This document shows positions 22,362 through 32,836 of a stretch of 64,000 nt of DNA, one piece after another (position 1 is the first letter of the stretch; each line of letters opens with the position of its first letter). The stretch lies in assembly GCA_963724765.1 (NCBI GenBank), contig CAVRVY010000002.1, positions 192,001 through 256,000 on the forward strand, read 5' to 3'. Position numbers and translations under genes: made by a program. Source of the DNA: an uncultured delta proteobacterium. GTDB lineage: Bacteria > Desulfobacterota > Binatia > Binatales > Binataceae. Below the pieces are notes generated by a model that ran no database searches, was not told where the DNA came from, and saw nothing but the letters and a program-made list of their open reading frames with translations.

Positions 22362-23525
22362 TCAGCCGAGCCATCGTGTCAAGATCAGGCCGACCATCCC
22401 GGCCGCGAAAATCAGCCACGCTGAGTTCACCCGCGAGTAAATCAACAGTGCAACGCTGGTTGCCGCTATTGCTACGGTCGCAACGTCTATCAGCGCGGCC
22501 CCGCTGAGCTGTAGTGTCACGACGGCCAGCAGCGCGAGCGCGCCAACATTGACGCCATCGAGAAAGGCTCCGGCGATCATCGAGCGCCGGATGCGCGGAA
22601 TCAGCGGACGGCTGCCGGCGACGAAAATAAAGCCGGGGACGAAAATCGCTATCGTCGCGACCACTGCGCCGGTCGTGCCGCCCAGCAGGTAGCCAATAAA
22701 AGTCGCGGTGGTGAATACTGGCCCGGGCGTGACCTGGCCGACCGCGACCGCGTCGAGCAATTGCGACTGCGTAATCCAGTGCAGGCGATCCACGAGGTCC
22801 GTCTGAAGGAACGCGAGCAGCACGTAACCGCTCCCGTAAAGCACCGCGCCGACCTTGAGGAAGAAGAGAAAAAGCCCGAGCAGGCTGAAAGGTATGATCG
22901 CCACTGCCGCGCCTGCGTTCTTGAGCATCGCCACGATGCCCGGCCATCCGGGCATCGCGATCGCGGCAAGCGTCCCAGAGCGGCGCCGTCGTTCGATCCA
23001 TTCTGTCGCGGCTGTAATGACGCCCGCGCCGAAAAGTGTTGTCAGCGGGCCGGCACCAAGCATCGTTGCCAGGACAGCAATCGAACCGACAAGCGCGAGA
23101 AATCCGCTCTTGACCGCGACGGGAACGAGCCGCCAAAGCGCCTGCAGTATGATGGCGACGATGACCGGCTTGATCCCGTGCATGATTCCCTGGAACTGAG
23201 GCAGCGATCCAAAACGCACGTAGGCCCACGCCGCGGCCATCACGATAAGCATCGCCGGAATGATGAAGCATACGCCGCCCACCACCAGTCCCTTCCAGCC
23301 GGCACGCTGATGGCCGATATGAATCGCCATCTCGGTGGAGTTCGGTCCCGGGATCAGATTGGTCGCGCCGAGCATGTCGAGAAACTCTTCGTGCGAGAGC
23401 CATCCGCGCCGGCGCACGAATTCCTCTTCCATCATCGCGATGTGAGCCGCGGGCCCGCCGAACGCGGTGGTGCCGAGGCGCAAAAACGAAACCGCAATCT
23501 CCCGTAACGTCTGTGACTTGGCCAT
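22362..23525 (-). CDS. chrA: Chromate efflux transporter
   Basis: AFGGPAAH, IPGPNSTE, GSGYVL, GQVTPGP duplicated CHR motifs. Confidence 0.92.
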   Translation of the reverse strand: MAKSQTLREIAVSFLRLGTTAFGGPAAHIAMMEEEFVRRRGWLSHEEFLDMLGATNLIPGPNSTEMAIHIGHQRAGWKGLVVGGVCFIIPAMLIVMAAAWAYVRFGSLPQFQGIMHGIKPVIVAIILQALWRLVPVAVKSGFLALVGSIAVLATMLGAGPLTTLFGAGVITAATEWIERRRRSGTLAAIAMPGWPGIVAMLKNAGAAVAIIPFSLLGLFLFFLKVGAVLYGSGYVLLAFLQTDLVDRLHWITQSQLLDAVAVGQVTPGPVFTTATFIGYLLGGTTGAVVATIAIFVPGFIFVAGSRPLIPRIRRSMIAGAFLDGVNVGALALLAVVTLQLSGAALIDVATVAIAATSVALLIYSRVNSAWLIFAAGMVGLILTRWLG

Positions 23526-23851
23526 CACGCGCGGCCACAGCGATGGATCCTGCTGCGGGGCAATCCGACGGCGCCGGGGCCGGCAAAGGCGGCGGCAAAA
23601 AGCGGGACAGCAGCGGTAGCAAAAACGGCGGCAAAAGCGATCGCAATCGCTGCAACAAAAGCGGCAAAAGCGGTGGAAGTAGCGGCAGATATAGCGGCGG
23701 CAAAAGCGGGGGCAATAGCGATAGAAAAAGCGGCCGCAATAGCGGCGGCAAAGGCGAAGAAGAGAAGCGGATCTCGCAGCCATTCAATGCCGCCTCTGGA
23801 GCGCTCCCCGGCTTGCTCGCGGCCTTCTCCCGCGAAACGAGAGCGGGACAC
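23525..23851 (-). CDS. Ala/Phe-rich hydrophobic low-complexity protein encoded by a degenerate 12-bp repeat
   Basis: Fills the cinA-chrA gap; its stop overlaps the chrA ATG (TGATG). Confidence 0.4.
   Translation of the reverse strand: MSRSRFAGEGREQAGERSRGGIEWLRDPLLFFAFAAAIAAAFSIAIAPAFAAAISAATSTAFAAFVAAIAIAFAAVFATAAVPLFAAAFAGPGAVGLPRSRIHRCGRA
23580..23760. repeat. Degenerate ~12-bp tandem repeat (AGCGGCGGCAAA-like)
   Basis: GGCGGCGGCAAA AAGCGG.. AGCGGTAGCAAA AACGGCGGCAAA ... AGCGGCGGCAAA AGCGGGGGCAAT ... AGCGGCCGCAAT AGCGGCGGCAAA. Confidence 0.75.
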
Positions 23852-23858
23852 TCGACTG

Positions 23859-25145
23859 TTAGCGGCGGAACAGTGTCGATTCGCCGATCGGCAGTCCCAG
23901 CGCGTAGCGTCGCAGCCAGTCCAGTGCGACCTGCGCGGTGAGAATCTTTATCCAGTCGCGGTTGCCGCGTAATTGATAGCGGCGCGCAGCCCGGGTTCCG
24001 TTGCCCACCAGTGCGATGCACACCGTGCCTACCGGATGCTCGGGGGTGCCGCCGTCGGGTCCGGCGACGCCCGAGGTCGCAATTGCGACGTCGGCGCCGG
24101 CGCGCTCGCGCGCCCCGGCCGCCATCTCGAGCACGCATTGCTCGCTCACTGCGCCGTGCTGCTTGAGCGTCTCTTCGCGCACGCCGAGGATGCCGGTCTT
24201 GAGATCGTTGGAGTAGGTCACGAAGTCGCCGATGAAGAACTTCGAGCTGCCTGCAACGTTGGTCAGGCGATGGCCGATGAGGCCGCCGGTGCACGACTCG
24301 GCGACCGCCAGTTTGAAACTACGCCCGGTCAGCAGTCGCGCGACCACCTCTTCCATCGAGGCGTCACCCTCGGCATAGATGAAGTCCGCGACCCGCCCGC
24401 GCACGCGCTCGCTTAGTTCGTCTAGCTTGCGTTCGGCCTCGCCCGGCCTGCCCTCCACCGTCACGCGCAGCGAAATCTGTGGAAAGGCCGCGCGAAACGC
24501 GACGCGCGCCTCCTCGGGCTTGATCAGTCCGGCGACCGCCTCGTCGAGTCCCGACTCACTGATGCCGAAGGTCTGGAAGACGCGGACTGCGTAGATCGTG
24601 TCGCTGCCGCGGTTGCTTCTGAGCCACGGGATAACGCTGTCCTCCATCATCGGTTTCATCTCGCGCGGCACGCCCGGCAGCACGACCAGATGGCAGGTGT
24701 GGCCGTCGGCCTGCGGCACCGCCAGGCGGAAGCCCGGTGCGGTGCCGAGCGGGTTGCGGATGACCTCCGAGGTTTCGGGCAGGTCGGCCTGCTTGAGGTT
24801 GTTCTCGGGCATGATGCGGTTGATCGACGCGAAGATGCGTTTCATGTGGTCGACGCTTTCCTGGTCGCGCACGAGTTTGCGGCCCGTGATGCGCCCCACG
24901 GTCTCGTTGGTCAGGTCGTCGGCGGTCGGCCCGATTCCGCCGGTCGAAACGACCACATCGGCCATCGCCATCGCGGTCTTCCACGCCCACTCCAGGCGCT
25001 CGGGGACGTCGCCCACGGTCAGCACTGCGACGACCTCGATGCCAACTTCGGCGAGCTTGTCGGCGAGGTAGTTGGAATTGGTATCCACTATCCGGCCGGT
25101 GGTGATTTCGTCGCCGGTGGAGAGAATGACCGCCTTTTGAATCAT
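23859..25145 (-). CDS. cinA: Competence/damage-inducible protein CinA (MCF + PncC)
   Basis: TGDEI..G..VDTNS, GGIGPTADD, LPGVPREM, AESCTGG, SGVAGPDGG. Confidence 0.93.
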   Translation of the reverse strand: MIQKAVILSTGDEITTGRIVDTNSNYLADKLAEVGIEVVAVLTVGDVPERLEWAWKTAMAMADVVVSTGGIGPTADDLTNETVGRITGRKLVRDQESVDHMKRIFASINRIMPENNLKQADLPETSEVIRNPLGTAPGFRLAVPQADGHTCHLVVLPGVPREMKPMMEDSVIPWLRSNRGSDTIYAVRVFQTFGISESGLDEAVAGLIKPEEARVAFRAAFPQISLRVTVEGRPGEAERKLDELSERVRGRVADFIYAEGDASMEEVVARLLTGRSFKLAVAESCTGGLIGHRLTNVAGSSKFFIGDFVTYSNDLKTGILGVREETLKQHGAVSEQCVLEMAAGARERAGADVAIATSGVAGPDGGTPEHPVGTVCIALVGNGTRAARRYQLRGNRDWIKILTAQVALDWLRRYALGLPIGESTLFRR

Positions 25146-25199
25146 CGATGGCTCCCTTGCCCGCGCGTGCCGGGCTGCTGAAAATGCGCCGCGCGCGCG

Positions 25200-25688
25200 C
25201 TAAAGCGAAACTGCCAGCGCGAGCACGTGCAGCACGAGGTTCGCATATATGGCCGCTACCACATCGTCAAGCATTACCGCGAAGCCACCCTTCATCCGGC
25301 GGTCGACAAGCCCCGCGGGCTCGGGCTTGAGGACGTCGAACAGGCGAAACAGCGCGAAGCCCGCAGCGAACGCCATCCAGCCCGCCGCCGGACAGAGATA
25401 CATCGTTAGCGCCATTCCGACTATTTCATCAATCACGATATGCGAGCTGTCGTGCTGATCGAGCAGCTTCTCGGCGCGCTCCGAAAGCCAGCATCCTACG
25501 GCGAACAGCGCCGCGATAAGCGCGAGTGCGGCGAGTCGCGACCGATGCTCCAGCGGCACCGTGACGGCCCACGCCAACACCAGTCCCACCACCGAGCCGG
25601 CAGTGCCCGGAGCGACCGGCGCGTAGCCGCTATAAAATCCGGTCGCCAGGAAAAGTATCAGCTTGCGCACAATCTGGGACGGTCTCAA
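25200..25688 (-). CDS. pgpA: Phosphatidylglycerophosphatase A
   Basis: APGTAGS, D..HIVIDEIVG, FRLFDVLKP, VMLDDVVA. Confidence 0.93.
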   Translation of the reverse strand: MRPSQIVRKLILFLATGFYSGYAPVAPGTAGSVVGLVLAWAVTVPLEHRSRLAALALIAALFAVGCWLSERAEKLLDQHDSSHIVIDEIVGMALTMYLCPAAGWMAFAAGFALFRLFDVLKPEPAGLVDRRMKGGFAVMLDDVVAAIYANLVLHVLALAVSL

Positions 25689-25699
25689 TCAGGCCGGTC

Positions 25700-26521
25700 T
25701 TAGTCGGGACGGACGGGGATCGGCGTCTCGTCCGCTTCCACAGCCACCGAGCGCACACCCTCGATTTTGCTGGCGACCTGGTTGGCGAGCTCATCCCACG
25801 GCGGCACCAGCCCCGGCCCGCGCACTTGAACAGCGCCCTGGGTGCACAGGACCTCGATCGGCGCGTGCCCAAGCTTGGGGTGCGCATGGCAGGCGGCGCG
25901 CACCTGGGCGGCCGTCGCCGCGTCGCGCATCTGCTGCCATTGCTCGGCGCCGATGCGCGCGTCGATCTGCTCGGCGCATGCAGCAAGCCCCGCGGCGCTG
26001 ATTTCCAGCGGCAACCCATAGCCATTGATCACGATGTCGTAGGATGAGGGGTCATCGATATCGACGCCCATCAGGGTCTGGATGCGCGCGCGCACCTCGC
26101 GGTCGTGGTCGCGCACACGCCGCTGGGCGGCCACCAGGGCGAGATTTTCCATTTCGCCAACCACTTTGGCGCGCTCATCGAAAGGTCCGACGGTGCGGAC
26201 CTTGACGCCGCATCGGTACGGCGGCAAGAAGACCGGCGCTGAGGGGCTGACTGTCACCAGCCGATCTTGCGCCATCTCGCGCAGCAGCGTGGCGCGAAAA
26301 AACGACGCGAAGCGCGCGCCCTCGGTCTTCAGACGCGACCAGAAGTGTGGCTGGCGCTCGTCGAGCACCACCAGTTGATCGGCGGTGACGTTGTAGATGC
26401 GCGAGACCTGCGCGATCAGATCCTCACGGCTCATGAACCTGTAGCCGAGCCGCTTGGCCACAGCCTGGCCGAGGTCGTTGCCACGCGAACCGAGCTGCTG
26501 ACTGATCGCAATTATCGCCAT
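25700..26521 (-). CDS. Cytidylate kinase-like protein with C-terminal BON-like domain
   Basis: IAISQQLGSRG..LGQAVAKRLGY, D.DDPSSYDIVIN; C-terminal IEV...G.V...IEGVRSV. Confidence 0.75.
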   Translation of the reverse strand: MAIIAISQQLGSRGNDLGQAVAKRLGYRFMSREDLIAQVSRIYNVTADQLVVLDERQPHFWSRLKTEGARFASFFRATLLREMAQDRLVTVSPSAPVFLPPYRCGVKVRTVGPFDERAKVVGEMENLALVAAQRRVRDHDREVRARIQTLMGVDIDDPSSYDIVINGYGLPLEISAAGLAACAEQIDARIGAEQWQQMRDAATAAQVRAACHAHPKLGHAPIEVLCTQGAVQVRGPGLVPPWDELANQVASKIEGVRSVAVEADETPIPVRPD

Positions 26522-26763
26522 CGGCGGTCTCCCGGGCAGGCGCAAGATTATCGGCGCGTGAAATCAGGTCCCCGGCGCAATCTTAAATGCTCGCCCATGA
26601 CGTGGCAAACCGCGGTGCGATGGCTTTGCGAGGCGTGGGCGGATAGGATTTCTGCGCCCGCACGCGGCGTGCGTCGTCCGTGGCGCGGACTGCAGCGGCG
26701 CTGGCGTGGCGGGCGCGGTGTTCGCTGCCGCTGGCTCACCGCAAGATCGGCACAGGGTTAGCG

Positions 26764-27882
26764 ATGGCTCGACGTAAATTACGAATTGGCGGCGCATCGA
26801 TCGATCCCGCGCCGGTACGCGGCGACATGACCGCCGCCGAACTGATCGATACCGCGTTCCTCGCCTACAATGGGCGGCGCCTGCGCGAGGCCTGCCGGCT
26901 GTTCGCCGAAAAGATGCTCGAGCCCGACGTGTTGGTCGGGATGAGCATCACCGGCGCGCTCACGCCCGCAGGGCTCGGAATGTCTTGTCTCATCCCGCTC
27001 ATCGAAAACGGCTTCGTCGACTGGGCGGTGTCGACCGGCGCCAACCTCTATCACGACACGCACTTCGCTCTGGGCTTGAAGATGTTCCAGGGATCGGCCG
27101 AGGCCGACGACGTGGCGCTGCACCAGGCCGGCGTGGTCAGAATCTACGACATCTTTTTTGACTACCGCGTGCTGCTTTCGACCGATGCCTTCTTTCGCCA
27201 AATCGCGCGGCAGGAGGAGTTCCAGCATCCGATGAGCAGCGCCGAGTTCCATCATCGCGCCGGCCGCTATGTGGCCGAGCGCGAGCGCGTGCTCAAGTTG
27301 CACAGCCGCTCGATGCTGGCGGCGGCGCACAAATGCGCGGTGCCCATTTACACTTCATCGCCCGGCGACTCGTCGATCGGGATGAACCTGGCGCTGCTCG
27401 AGGTCGAGGGCTACGGCCTGCGCCTGGACCCGCTCGCCGACGTCAACGAGACTGCGGCGATTGTTTACGCGGCCAAGGCCGCCGGAATGAAGAGCGCAGT
27501 GTTCATCCTGGGCGGCGGCTCGCCCAAGAATTTTGTTTTGCAGACCGAGCCGCAGATCCAGGAGGTGATGGGCGTGGCGGAGAAAGGCCACGACTATTTT
27601 CTCCAGGTTACCGACGCCCGGCCCGACACCGGCGGCCTGAGCGGCGCGACACCCTCGGAGGCGGTGAGCTGGGGCAAGATCGATCCCAACCGCTTGCCCG
27701 ACTCGGTGGTATGTTACGTCGATTCCACGGTGGCGCTGCCGCTGATCACGGCCTACGCGCTGGCGCGCCGCAAGCCGCGCCGGCTGCGCCGGCTATACGA
27801 CGAACGCGAGGCGATGATGACGCGGCTGCGCACCGCCTACGAGCGCGTGCGCCGCAAGCGCCTGCGCCGCGGCGAGTCCTAG
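26764..27882 (+). CDS. Deoxyhypusine synthase-like (homospermidine synthase SpeY-type)
   Basis: [49 protein letters not shown]. Confidence 0.9.
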   Translation: MARRKLRIGGASIDPAPVRGDMTAAELIDTAFLAYNGRRLREACRLFAEKMLEPDVLVGMSITGALTPAGLGMSCLIPLIENGFVDWAVSTGANLYHDTHFALGLKMFQGSAEADDVALHQAGVVRIYDIFFDYRVLLSTDAFFRQIARQEEFQHPMSSAEFHHRAGRYVAERERVLKLHSRSMLAAAHKCAVPIYTSSPGDSSIGMNLALLEVEGYGLRLDPLADVNETAAIVYAAKAAGMKSAVFILGGGSPKNFVLQTEPQIQEVMGVAEKGHDYFLQVTDARPDTGGLSGATPSEAVSWGKIDPNRLPDSVVCYVDSTVALPLITAYALARRKPRRLRRLYDEREAMMTRLRTAYERVRRKRLRRGES

Positions 27883-27923
27883 CAAGATGCCGCGGCGGGT
27901 CCTGGCAAGAGGTTGAGAGCGCG

Positions 27924-28778
27924 ATGAAGAAAACGCCGCGCGGCGGCGCGCGCCGCGACCGCTCTGCGGCGCCGCCGCGCACCGCAGGGGCGGGCGGCGA
28001 GCTTGCGCGCGAACTCGAGCACGCGCGCGCAGCCGCTCTGGAAGCCGGCAAAATCCTGCGCCGCCATTTCCGTGACGGTGGTTACGAGGTCGCCTCCAAG
28101 GGTTTCGACAACCCGGTGACCTCGGCCGACCTGGAGGCCGACGCCGCGCTGCGCGAGCATCTCGGCCGCGCCTTTCCCGACTACGGATGGCTTTCCGAGG
28201 AGACCGCCGACAATGCCGCGCGGCTTTCCCGCCGGCGCGTGTGGATCGTCGACCCGCTCGACGGCACCAAGGAATTCATCAAGGGCATCCCCGAGTTCGT
28301 CGTCGCGATCGCGCTCGCCGAAGACGGCGTGCCGGTGCTTGGCGTGACTTACAATCCGATCAAGCGTGAACTGTTCTGGGCCGCGCGCGGCGCCGGATGC
28401 TTTCTTGACGACAGTCCCGTGCACGTGACCGCCGCCGCCGCAATGACCGGCGCCGTGGTACTGGCCAGCCGCAGCGAGACGGCGCGCGGCGAGTGGATCG
28501 CTTATAAGGATACGATCGTCGCCAAGCCGATCGGCAGCGTCGCCTACAAGCTCGCGCTGGTGGCGGCGGGCCGGGCCGACGCGACCTTCACCGCCACCCC
28601 CAAGAGCGAATGGGACATCGCCTCGGGCGCCGCGCTGCTGGCCGAGGCGGGCGGCGTGATGACCGACATCCACGGCCATCCGATCCGCTTCAATCGCAAG
28701 CAGGTCAAGCTCGACGGGTTCGTTGCCGCAGGCCCGGCGCTGCACGCGGCGCTCAGCAAGTTGCTAGTCAGGAAATAG
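27924..28778 (+). CDS. 3'(2'),5'-bisphosphate nucleotidase CysQ / inositol monophosphatase family
   Basis: PVTSAD, LSEE, WIVDPLDGTKEF, SRSE, GSVAYK, EWDIA. Confidence 0.88.
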   Translation: MKKTPRGGARRDRSAAPPRTAGAGGELARELEHARAAALEAGKILRRHFRDGGYEVASKGFDNPVTSADLEADAALREHLGRAFPDYGWLSEETADNAARLSRRRVWIVDPLDGTKEFIKGIPEFVVAIALAEDGVPVLGVTYNPIKRELFWAARGAGCFLDDSPVHVTAAAAMTGAVVLASRSETARGEWIAYKDTIVAKPIGSVAYKLALVAAGRADATFTATPKSEWDIASGAALLAEAGGVMTDIHGHPIRFNRKQVKLDGFVAAGPALHAALSKLLVRK

Positions 28779-29465
28779 CTACAGGGCGGCCGCGTTGGTT
28801 CCTCTGAATCGGCGCACCAGCCGGGGCAGCAGCACGACCGCGGCGAGCAGGCATATCGCGAGTGCGATATTGCGTATCGCGCCGGCGCCGTGTGCGGCCG
28901 CCTCGCGTCCGGCGTAGCCGAGGTAGGTGTAGGCAAACGTCCCCGGCAGCATGCAAATGGCGGAGGCGATCACGTACGCGGCGAGCCTGATGCGCGTGAG
29001 CCCGAGTGCGTAGTTAAGGAGGTTGAACGGGAACAGCGGCACCAGCCGCACGAACGCGACGAAGCGCCATTCTTCGGCCTCGACCCCCTCGACCAGCGCC
29101 TTGAGCCGAGGCCCGGCGCGGCGTGCGACGAAGCCGGCCGCCACGTAGCGCGCGGCCACAAATGCGAGCGTCGCGCCGAGGACTGCGCCGATGAGGTTCC
29201 ACAGCGTGCCCCACAGCGGTCCGAACAGCGCGCCGCCCGCAAGCGTCATCACCGACCCGGGCGCGAACAGCACCGTCGCCGCGGCGTAAAGCGCGATGAA
29301 GGCCGGCGGCGCCCATCGCCCGAGCCCTCGCAGTTCGGCTTCGAGATGGCCGGCGACCAACCAGGAGCGATGAGTCGCGAACCAGGCGATAGCTGCGACG
29401 AGCGCGAGCGCCAGGACCGCGCGCGGCAGTGCTGCGCGCGCCGCGCCGCTAGAGCTTGCGCTCAC
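28779..29465 (-). CDS. TVP38/TMEM64 (VTT) membrane protein
   Basis: GGALFGP, RLVPLFPFNLLNY, PGT. Confidence 0.9.
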   Translation of the reverse strand: MSASSSGAARAALPRAVLALALVAAIAWFATHRSWLVAGHLEAELRGLGRWAPPAFIALYAAATVLFAPGSVMTLAGGALFGPLWGTLWNLIGAVLGATLAFVAARYVAAGFVARRAGPRLKALVEGVEAEEWRFVAFVRLVPLFPFNLLNYALGLTRIRLAAYVIASAICMLPGTFAYTYLGYAGREAAAHGAGAIRNIALAICLLAAVVLLPRLVRRFRGTNAAAL

Positions 29466-30738
29466 CGCTGCCCCAGAGGTCGAACGCGATCAGTCCCACC
29501 AGGTAGACGGCAGCGGCCAGGTAGAACGCGCCTGAGTACGAGCCGGTCGCCTGCACGATAAAGCCGGTGGCGGCGACGCCGATGATTCCCGGCAGCGTGG
29601 CGAAGGTGTTCGAGATGCCCATCAGGATTCCTGCGTAGCGCGGCGCGACGTCCAGATGGTTGACGCCCCAGCCGCCGAGCCCGATCGACGTACTGCCGAT
29701 CGATATCGTCGCGAGTATCACCGCCTGCACGGCCGTATGTGCAAAAGGCATCGCGCACACCGCCGCCGCGCCGAGCCCAAAAGCGATCGTTACCAGCGTC
29801 TTGCGCACCGCCGTCATCCGCATCCCGCGCCGCTGCAGGCTGTCGGCGAGCCATCCACTGCAATTCGCGACCACGAAGGCCGCCACATACGGCATCACCG
29901 CCATCACGCCCAGGTCCTTAAGCGGCACGTGAAAGGTTTGATCGAGATAGCTCGGCAGCCAGAGCAGCAGGATGTAGAAGCCGAAGTTGTTGCACAGATG
30001 CGCCATCACGATCGCCCATACCGCCGGCTCGCGGCAGATTTTGCCCCACGGGATGGCCTCGGCGGCGTCAACCTCGATCCGCCCCGCGCGAATCTCCGCC
30101 ATCTCAGCCGCGCTCACGCCGGGCGAGTTCTCGGGCCGGTCCGCCGCCTTCCACCACCACAGCGCGAGCCACAAAAGGCCGATAAGTCCCGAGACGTAAA
30201 ACACCGCTTCCCATCCGAAGGCGATTATTATCGGCGGGCTCGCGAGCAGGGCGATGATCGTGCCGAGCGCGGTGCCGCTTAGGTGCAGCGAGATCGCGCG
30301 GGCGCGTTCGGAGGCCGGCGTCCAGCGCGCGGCGATCGAATGGATCGCGGGAAAGTTGACCGCCTCGCCCGCACCGAGCGCGGCGCGCATGAACAGCAGC
30401 AGCCCAAAGGATGCGGTCGCGATCGGCGTGAGAAAAGTTGCAATCGACCACAGCGCCACGCCCGCGCCCAGCACCCGTTTGCCGCCGAAGCGGTCGGCGA
30501 GCAATCCTCCCGGCAACTGGAACCACAGGTAGCCCCAAAAGAAGGACGACAGGATAAGGCCGCGTTCCGCATCGCTGTAACCCTTGGCGCGGGCGAGCGG
30601 GATGATCGCGATCGAGATGTTGACGCGGTCGACGTAGCAGAGCACCGTCGAGAGCGCGAACAGTATGATGACGGTGTAACGCCGCGGCCATCGCATGGCC
30701 ATCGCAACCGTGGCCTCGGCTGGGAATGAATCGGGCAT
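29449..30738 (-). CDS. MFS transporter, anion:cation symporter family
   Basis: YVDRVNISIA, SSFFWGY, DRFGGK, NHLDVAPRYAG. Confidence 0.92.
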   Translation of the reverse strand: MPDSFPAEATVAMAMRWPRRYTVIILFALSTVLCYVDRVNISIAIIPLARAKGYSDAERGLILSSFFWGYLWFQLPGGLLADRFGGKRVLGAGVALWSIATFLTPIATASFGLLLFMRAALGAGEAVNFPAIHSIAARWTPASERARAISLHLSGTALGTIIALLASPPIIIAFGWEAVFYVSGLIGLLWLALWWWKAADRPENSPGVSAAEMAEIRAGRIEVDAAEAIPWGKICREPAVWAIVMAHLCNNFGFYILLLWLPSYLDQTFHVPLKDLGVMAVMPYVAAFVVANCSGWLADSLQRRGMRMTAVRKTLVTIAFGLGAAAVCAMPFAHTAVQAVILATISIGSTSIGLGGWGVNHLDVAPRYAGILMGISNTFATLPGIIGVAATGFIVQATGSYSGAFYLAAAVYLVGLIAFDLWGSGERKL

Positions 30739-30793
30739 CGCAAGTCCGCGCCGAGCTTAGTTGGGCGGCGCGCACTTTGCCACCTGCGACGCC

Positions 30794-31222
30794 CTAGTGG
30801 CTCAGCGCCAGGCGGATGGCGTTGAGGATATAGATGAAGTCGCGCGGCGCGCGCGCCTCGCCCATCGCTGCCACCCGCGCCAGCACCTCCATCTCCTCGG
30901 CGCTGATGTTGTGTGCGCGCCGGATGCGTTCATCATGCCGGAACTCCTCCCAGGCCGAGCGGCGGCCGCCGCTGTTGGCGCTGTTCAGCAGATCGCGCGC
31001 GCGCGGGTTGGCGAGGAAAAACAGCTCGCGGCTTTGCAGGCCCAGCACCTCGCTAAGGCGCGCGATCACTTTCTCCGAGGGATGCCGCTTGCCGGACTCC
31101 AGGTGGCCGATATACGGAGTCGAGGTCTTAATCCGCCGGGCGACGTCTTCCTGGGTGAGATCGAGTTGGCGGCGGCGTTCGCGGATGACGGCGCCGAAAT
31201 TTCGCTGAATCGCTTTTCGCAT
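30794..31222 (-). CDS. XRE-family HTH transcriptional regulator
   Basis: IRERRRQLDLTQEDVA...YIGHLESGKRHPS. Confidence 0.88.
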   Translation of the reverse strand: MRKAIQRNFGAVIRERRRQLDLTQEDVARRIKTSTPYIGHLESGKRHPSEKVIARLSEVLGLQSRELFFLANPRARDLLNSANSGGRRSAWEEFRHDERIRRAHNISAEEMEVLARVAAMGEARAPRDFIYILNAIRLALSH

Positions 31223-31291
31223 CGGATGTCCTTTGTCGCGGCCAGGCCCGGCGGGAGCGCGCCGGTCAAAATTTGATCACCTACGGATTGC

Positions 31292-31645
31292 TCAATTGCC
31301 GTACGGATTGCGCCCCTGGTTGAGATAGAGCGAGAAATCCTCGACCGAGCCCGCCGGGTGAACGGGGCCGCGAAAATGCTCCTCGGCGCCTGCGCCGAGC
31401 GGGCCGACCTTGAGCCGGTCTTCGCCGAGCGGGCGGCCCGCGCTGTCGTAGTAGTGAATTTCCAGGTCGAGCGCGGCGGGACGCGCGCCCGTGTTGCGCA
31501 AATCGCCCGCCACGAAAACGTTATCGCCTTCGTGCTCGAGTCGGCTGTCGATCACTTTTATCGGTTGCACGTGCGCCAGCAGCACGAACACCACGGCGAC
31601 GAAAGCTATCGCTCCCAGCAGGATGAAAAGCGTACCCTTGCGCAT
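31292..31645 (-). CDS. FxLYD-like domain membrane-anchored protein
   Basis: N-terminal TM; V.G.LRNTG...IHYYDSAGRPLG. Confidence 0.65.
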   Translation of the reverse strand: MRKGTLFILLGAIAFVAVVFVLLAHVQPIKVIDSRLEHEGDNVFVAGDLRNTGARPAALDLEIHYYDSAGRPLGEDRLKVGPLGAGAEEHFRGPVHPAGSVEDFSLYLNQGRNPYGN

Positions 31646-31672
31646 GGCCGCCGCCGTCCGCTCGCGGGGCGA

Positions 31673-32836
31673 TCAGTATGAACGCGGCAGATGGAGCACG
31701 TGCTCGCTTATCGTGTTGAGCACCATCTCCTGCGACACCGGCGCGATCTTCAGCATCCGGCACTCGCGAAAATAGCGCTCGACGTCGTACTCGCGCATGT
31801 AGCCGTAGCCGCCGAGCGTCTGCACCGCGCGGTCGCAGGCCTCAAAGGAGGCTTCCGCGGCGCGCAGCTTGGCGATATTGGCTTCGGGTCCGCAGGGCTT
31901 GCGATGGTCGAACAGCCAGGCCGCCTTCATCGTCATCAGTTCGGCCACCTCGAGCTTGGAGTAGGCGTCGGCGAGCGGATGCGCGATTGCCTGGTTCTGG
32001 CCGATCGGGCGCCCGAACACGATTCGTTCCTTCGCGTAGCGCACGGCCTTGTCGACCGCGGCGCGCCCGATTCCCACTGCCTCCGAGGCGATAAGGATTC
32101 GCTCCGGGTTGAGTCCATCGAGAAGGTAGCGGAAGCCCTTGCCTTCCTCGCCGATCAGGTCGGCGGCCGAGACCTTGAGGTTGTCGATGAAGAGCATGTT
32201 GGTGTCTACCGCGTGGCGGCCGAGCTTGAGCAGTTCGCGCACCTCGATCGCGTTGCGGTCGACGTCGGCGAAGAACAGGCTCATCCCCTCGGTTTTCTTC
32301 GCCACCTGCTCGAACGGCGTAGTGCGCGTCAGCAGCAGCATCTTGTGCGCTTCCTGCGCCTTGGTGGTGAAAACCTTGCGCCCGTTGATCACGTAATTGT
32401 CGCCTTCGCGCCGGGCGAAAGTCTTGATGTGCGTGATGTCGTTGCCGGCGTCGGGCTCGGTCACGGCGAAGGCGGCGTGCAGCTCGCCGCTGACCACGCG
32501 CGGCAGATGGCGGCGCTTCATTTCCTCCGTGCCATGCATAACGATCGGCGTTAGACCGAAGATCGACAGATGGATCGCGCTGGCGGCGTTCATCGCGCCG
32601 GCGTACGCGACCTCGCGCATCACCAGCGCGGCCTCCGTGATGCCCAGGCCGCTGCCGCCGAATTCCTCGGGGATGGCCACGCCCAGGTAACCGGCCTTGG
32701 CGACCGCCTGGTAGAAGTCGTGCGGGAATTCATGCGCGGCATCCTTTGCGCGCCAGTACTCGTCGTTGAAGCGCGCACACATCGCGCGCACGCCCAGCAC
32801 GATTTCCTGCTGCGCCTCGGTCAGATCGAAATCCAT
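31673..32836 (-). CDS. Acyl-CoA dehydrogenase
   Basis: IPEEFGGSG, FAVTEPDAG, INGRK, FGRPIGQNQ, LGGYGY. Confidence 0.95.
   Translation of the reverse strand: MDFDLTEAQQEIVLGVRAMCARFNDEYWRAKDAAHEFPHDFYQAVAKAGYLGVAIPEEFGGSGLGITEAALVMREVAYAGAMNAASAIHLSIFGLTPIVMHGTEEMKRRHLPRVVSGELHAAFAVTEPDAGNDITHIKTFARREGDNYVINGRKVFTTKAQEAHKMLLLTRTTPFEQVAKKTEGMSLFFADVDRNAIEVRELLKLGRHAVDTNMLFIDNLKVSAADLIGEEGKGFRYLLDGLNPERILIASEAVGIGRAAVDKAVRYAKERIVFGRPIGQNQAIAHPLADAYSKLEVAELMTMKAAWLFDHRKPCGPEANIAKLRAAEASFEACDRAVQTLGGYGYMREYDVERYFRECRMLKIAPVSQEMVLNTISEHVLHLPRSY

Noticed and set aside
23580-23760. Possible CRISPR array
   Set aside because: Units are ~12 bp, degenerate and adjacent, with no spacers and no cas genes.
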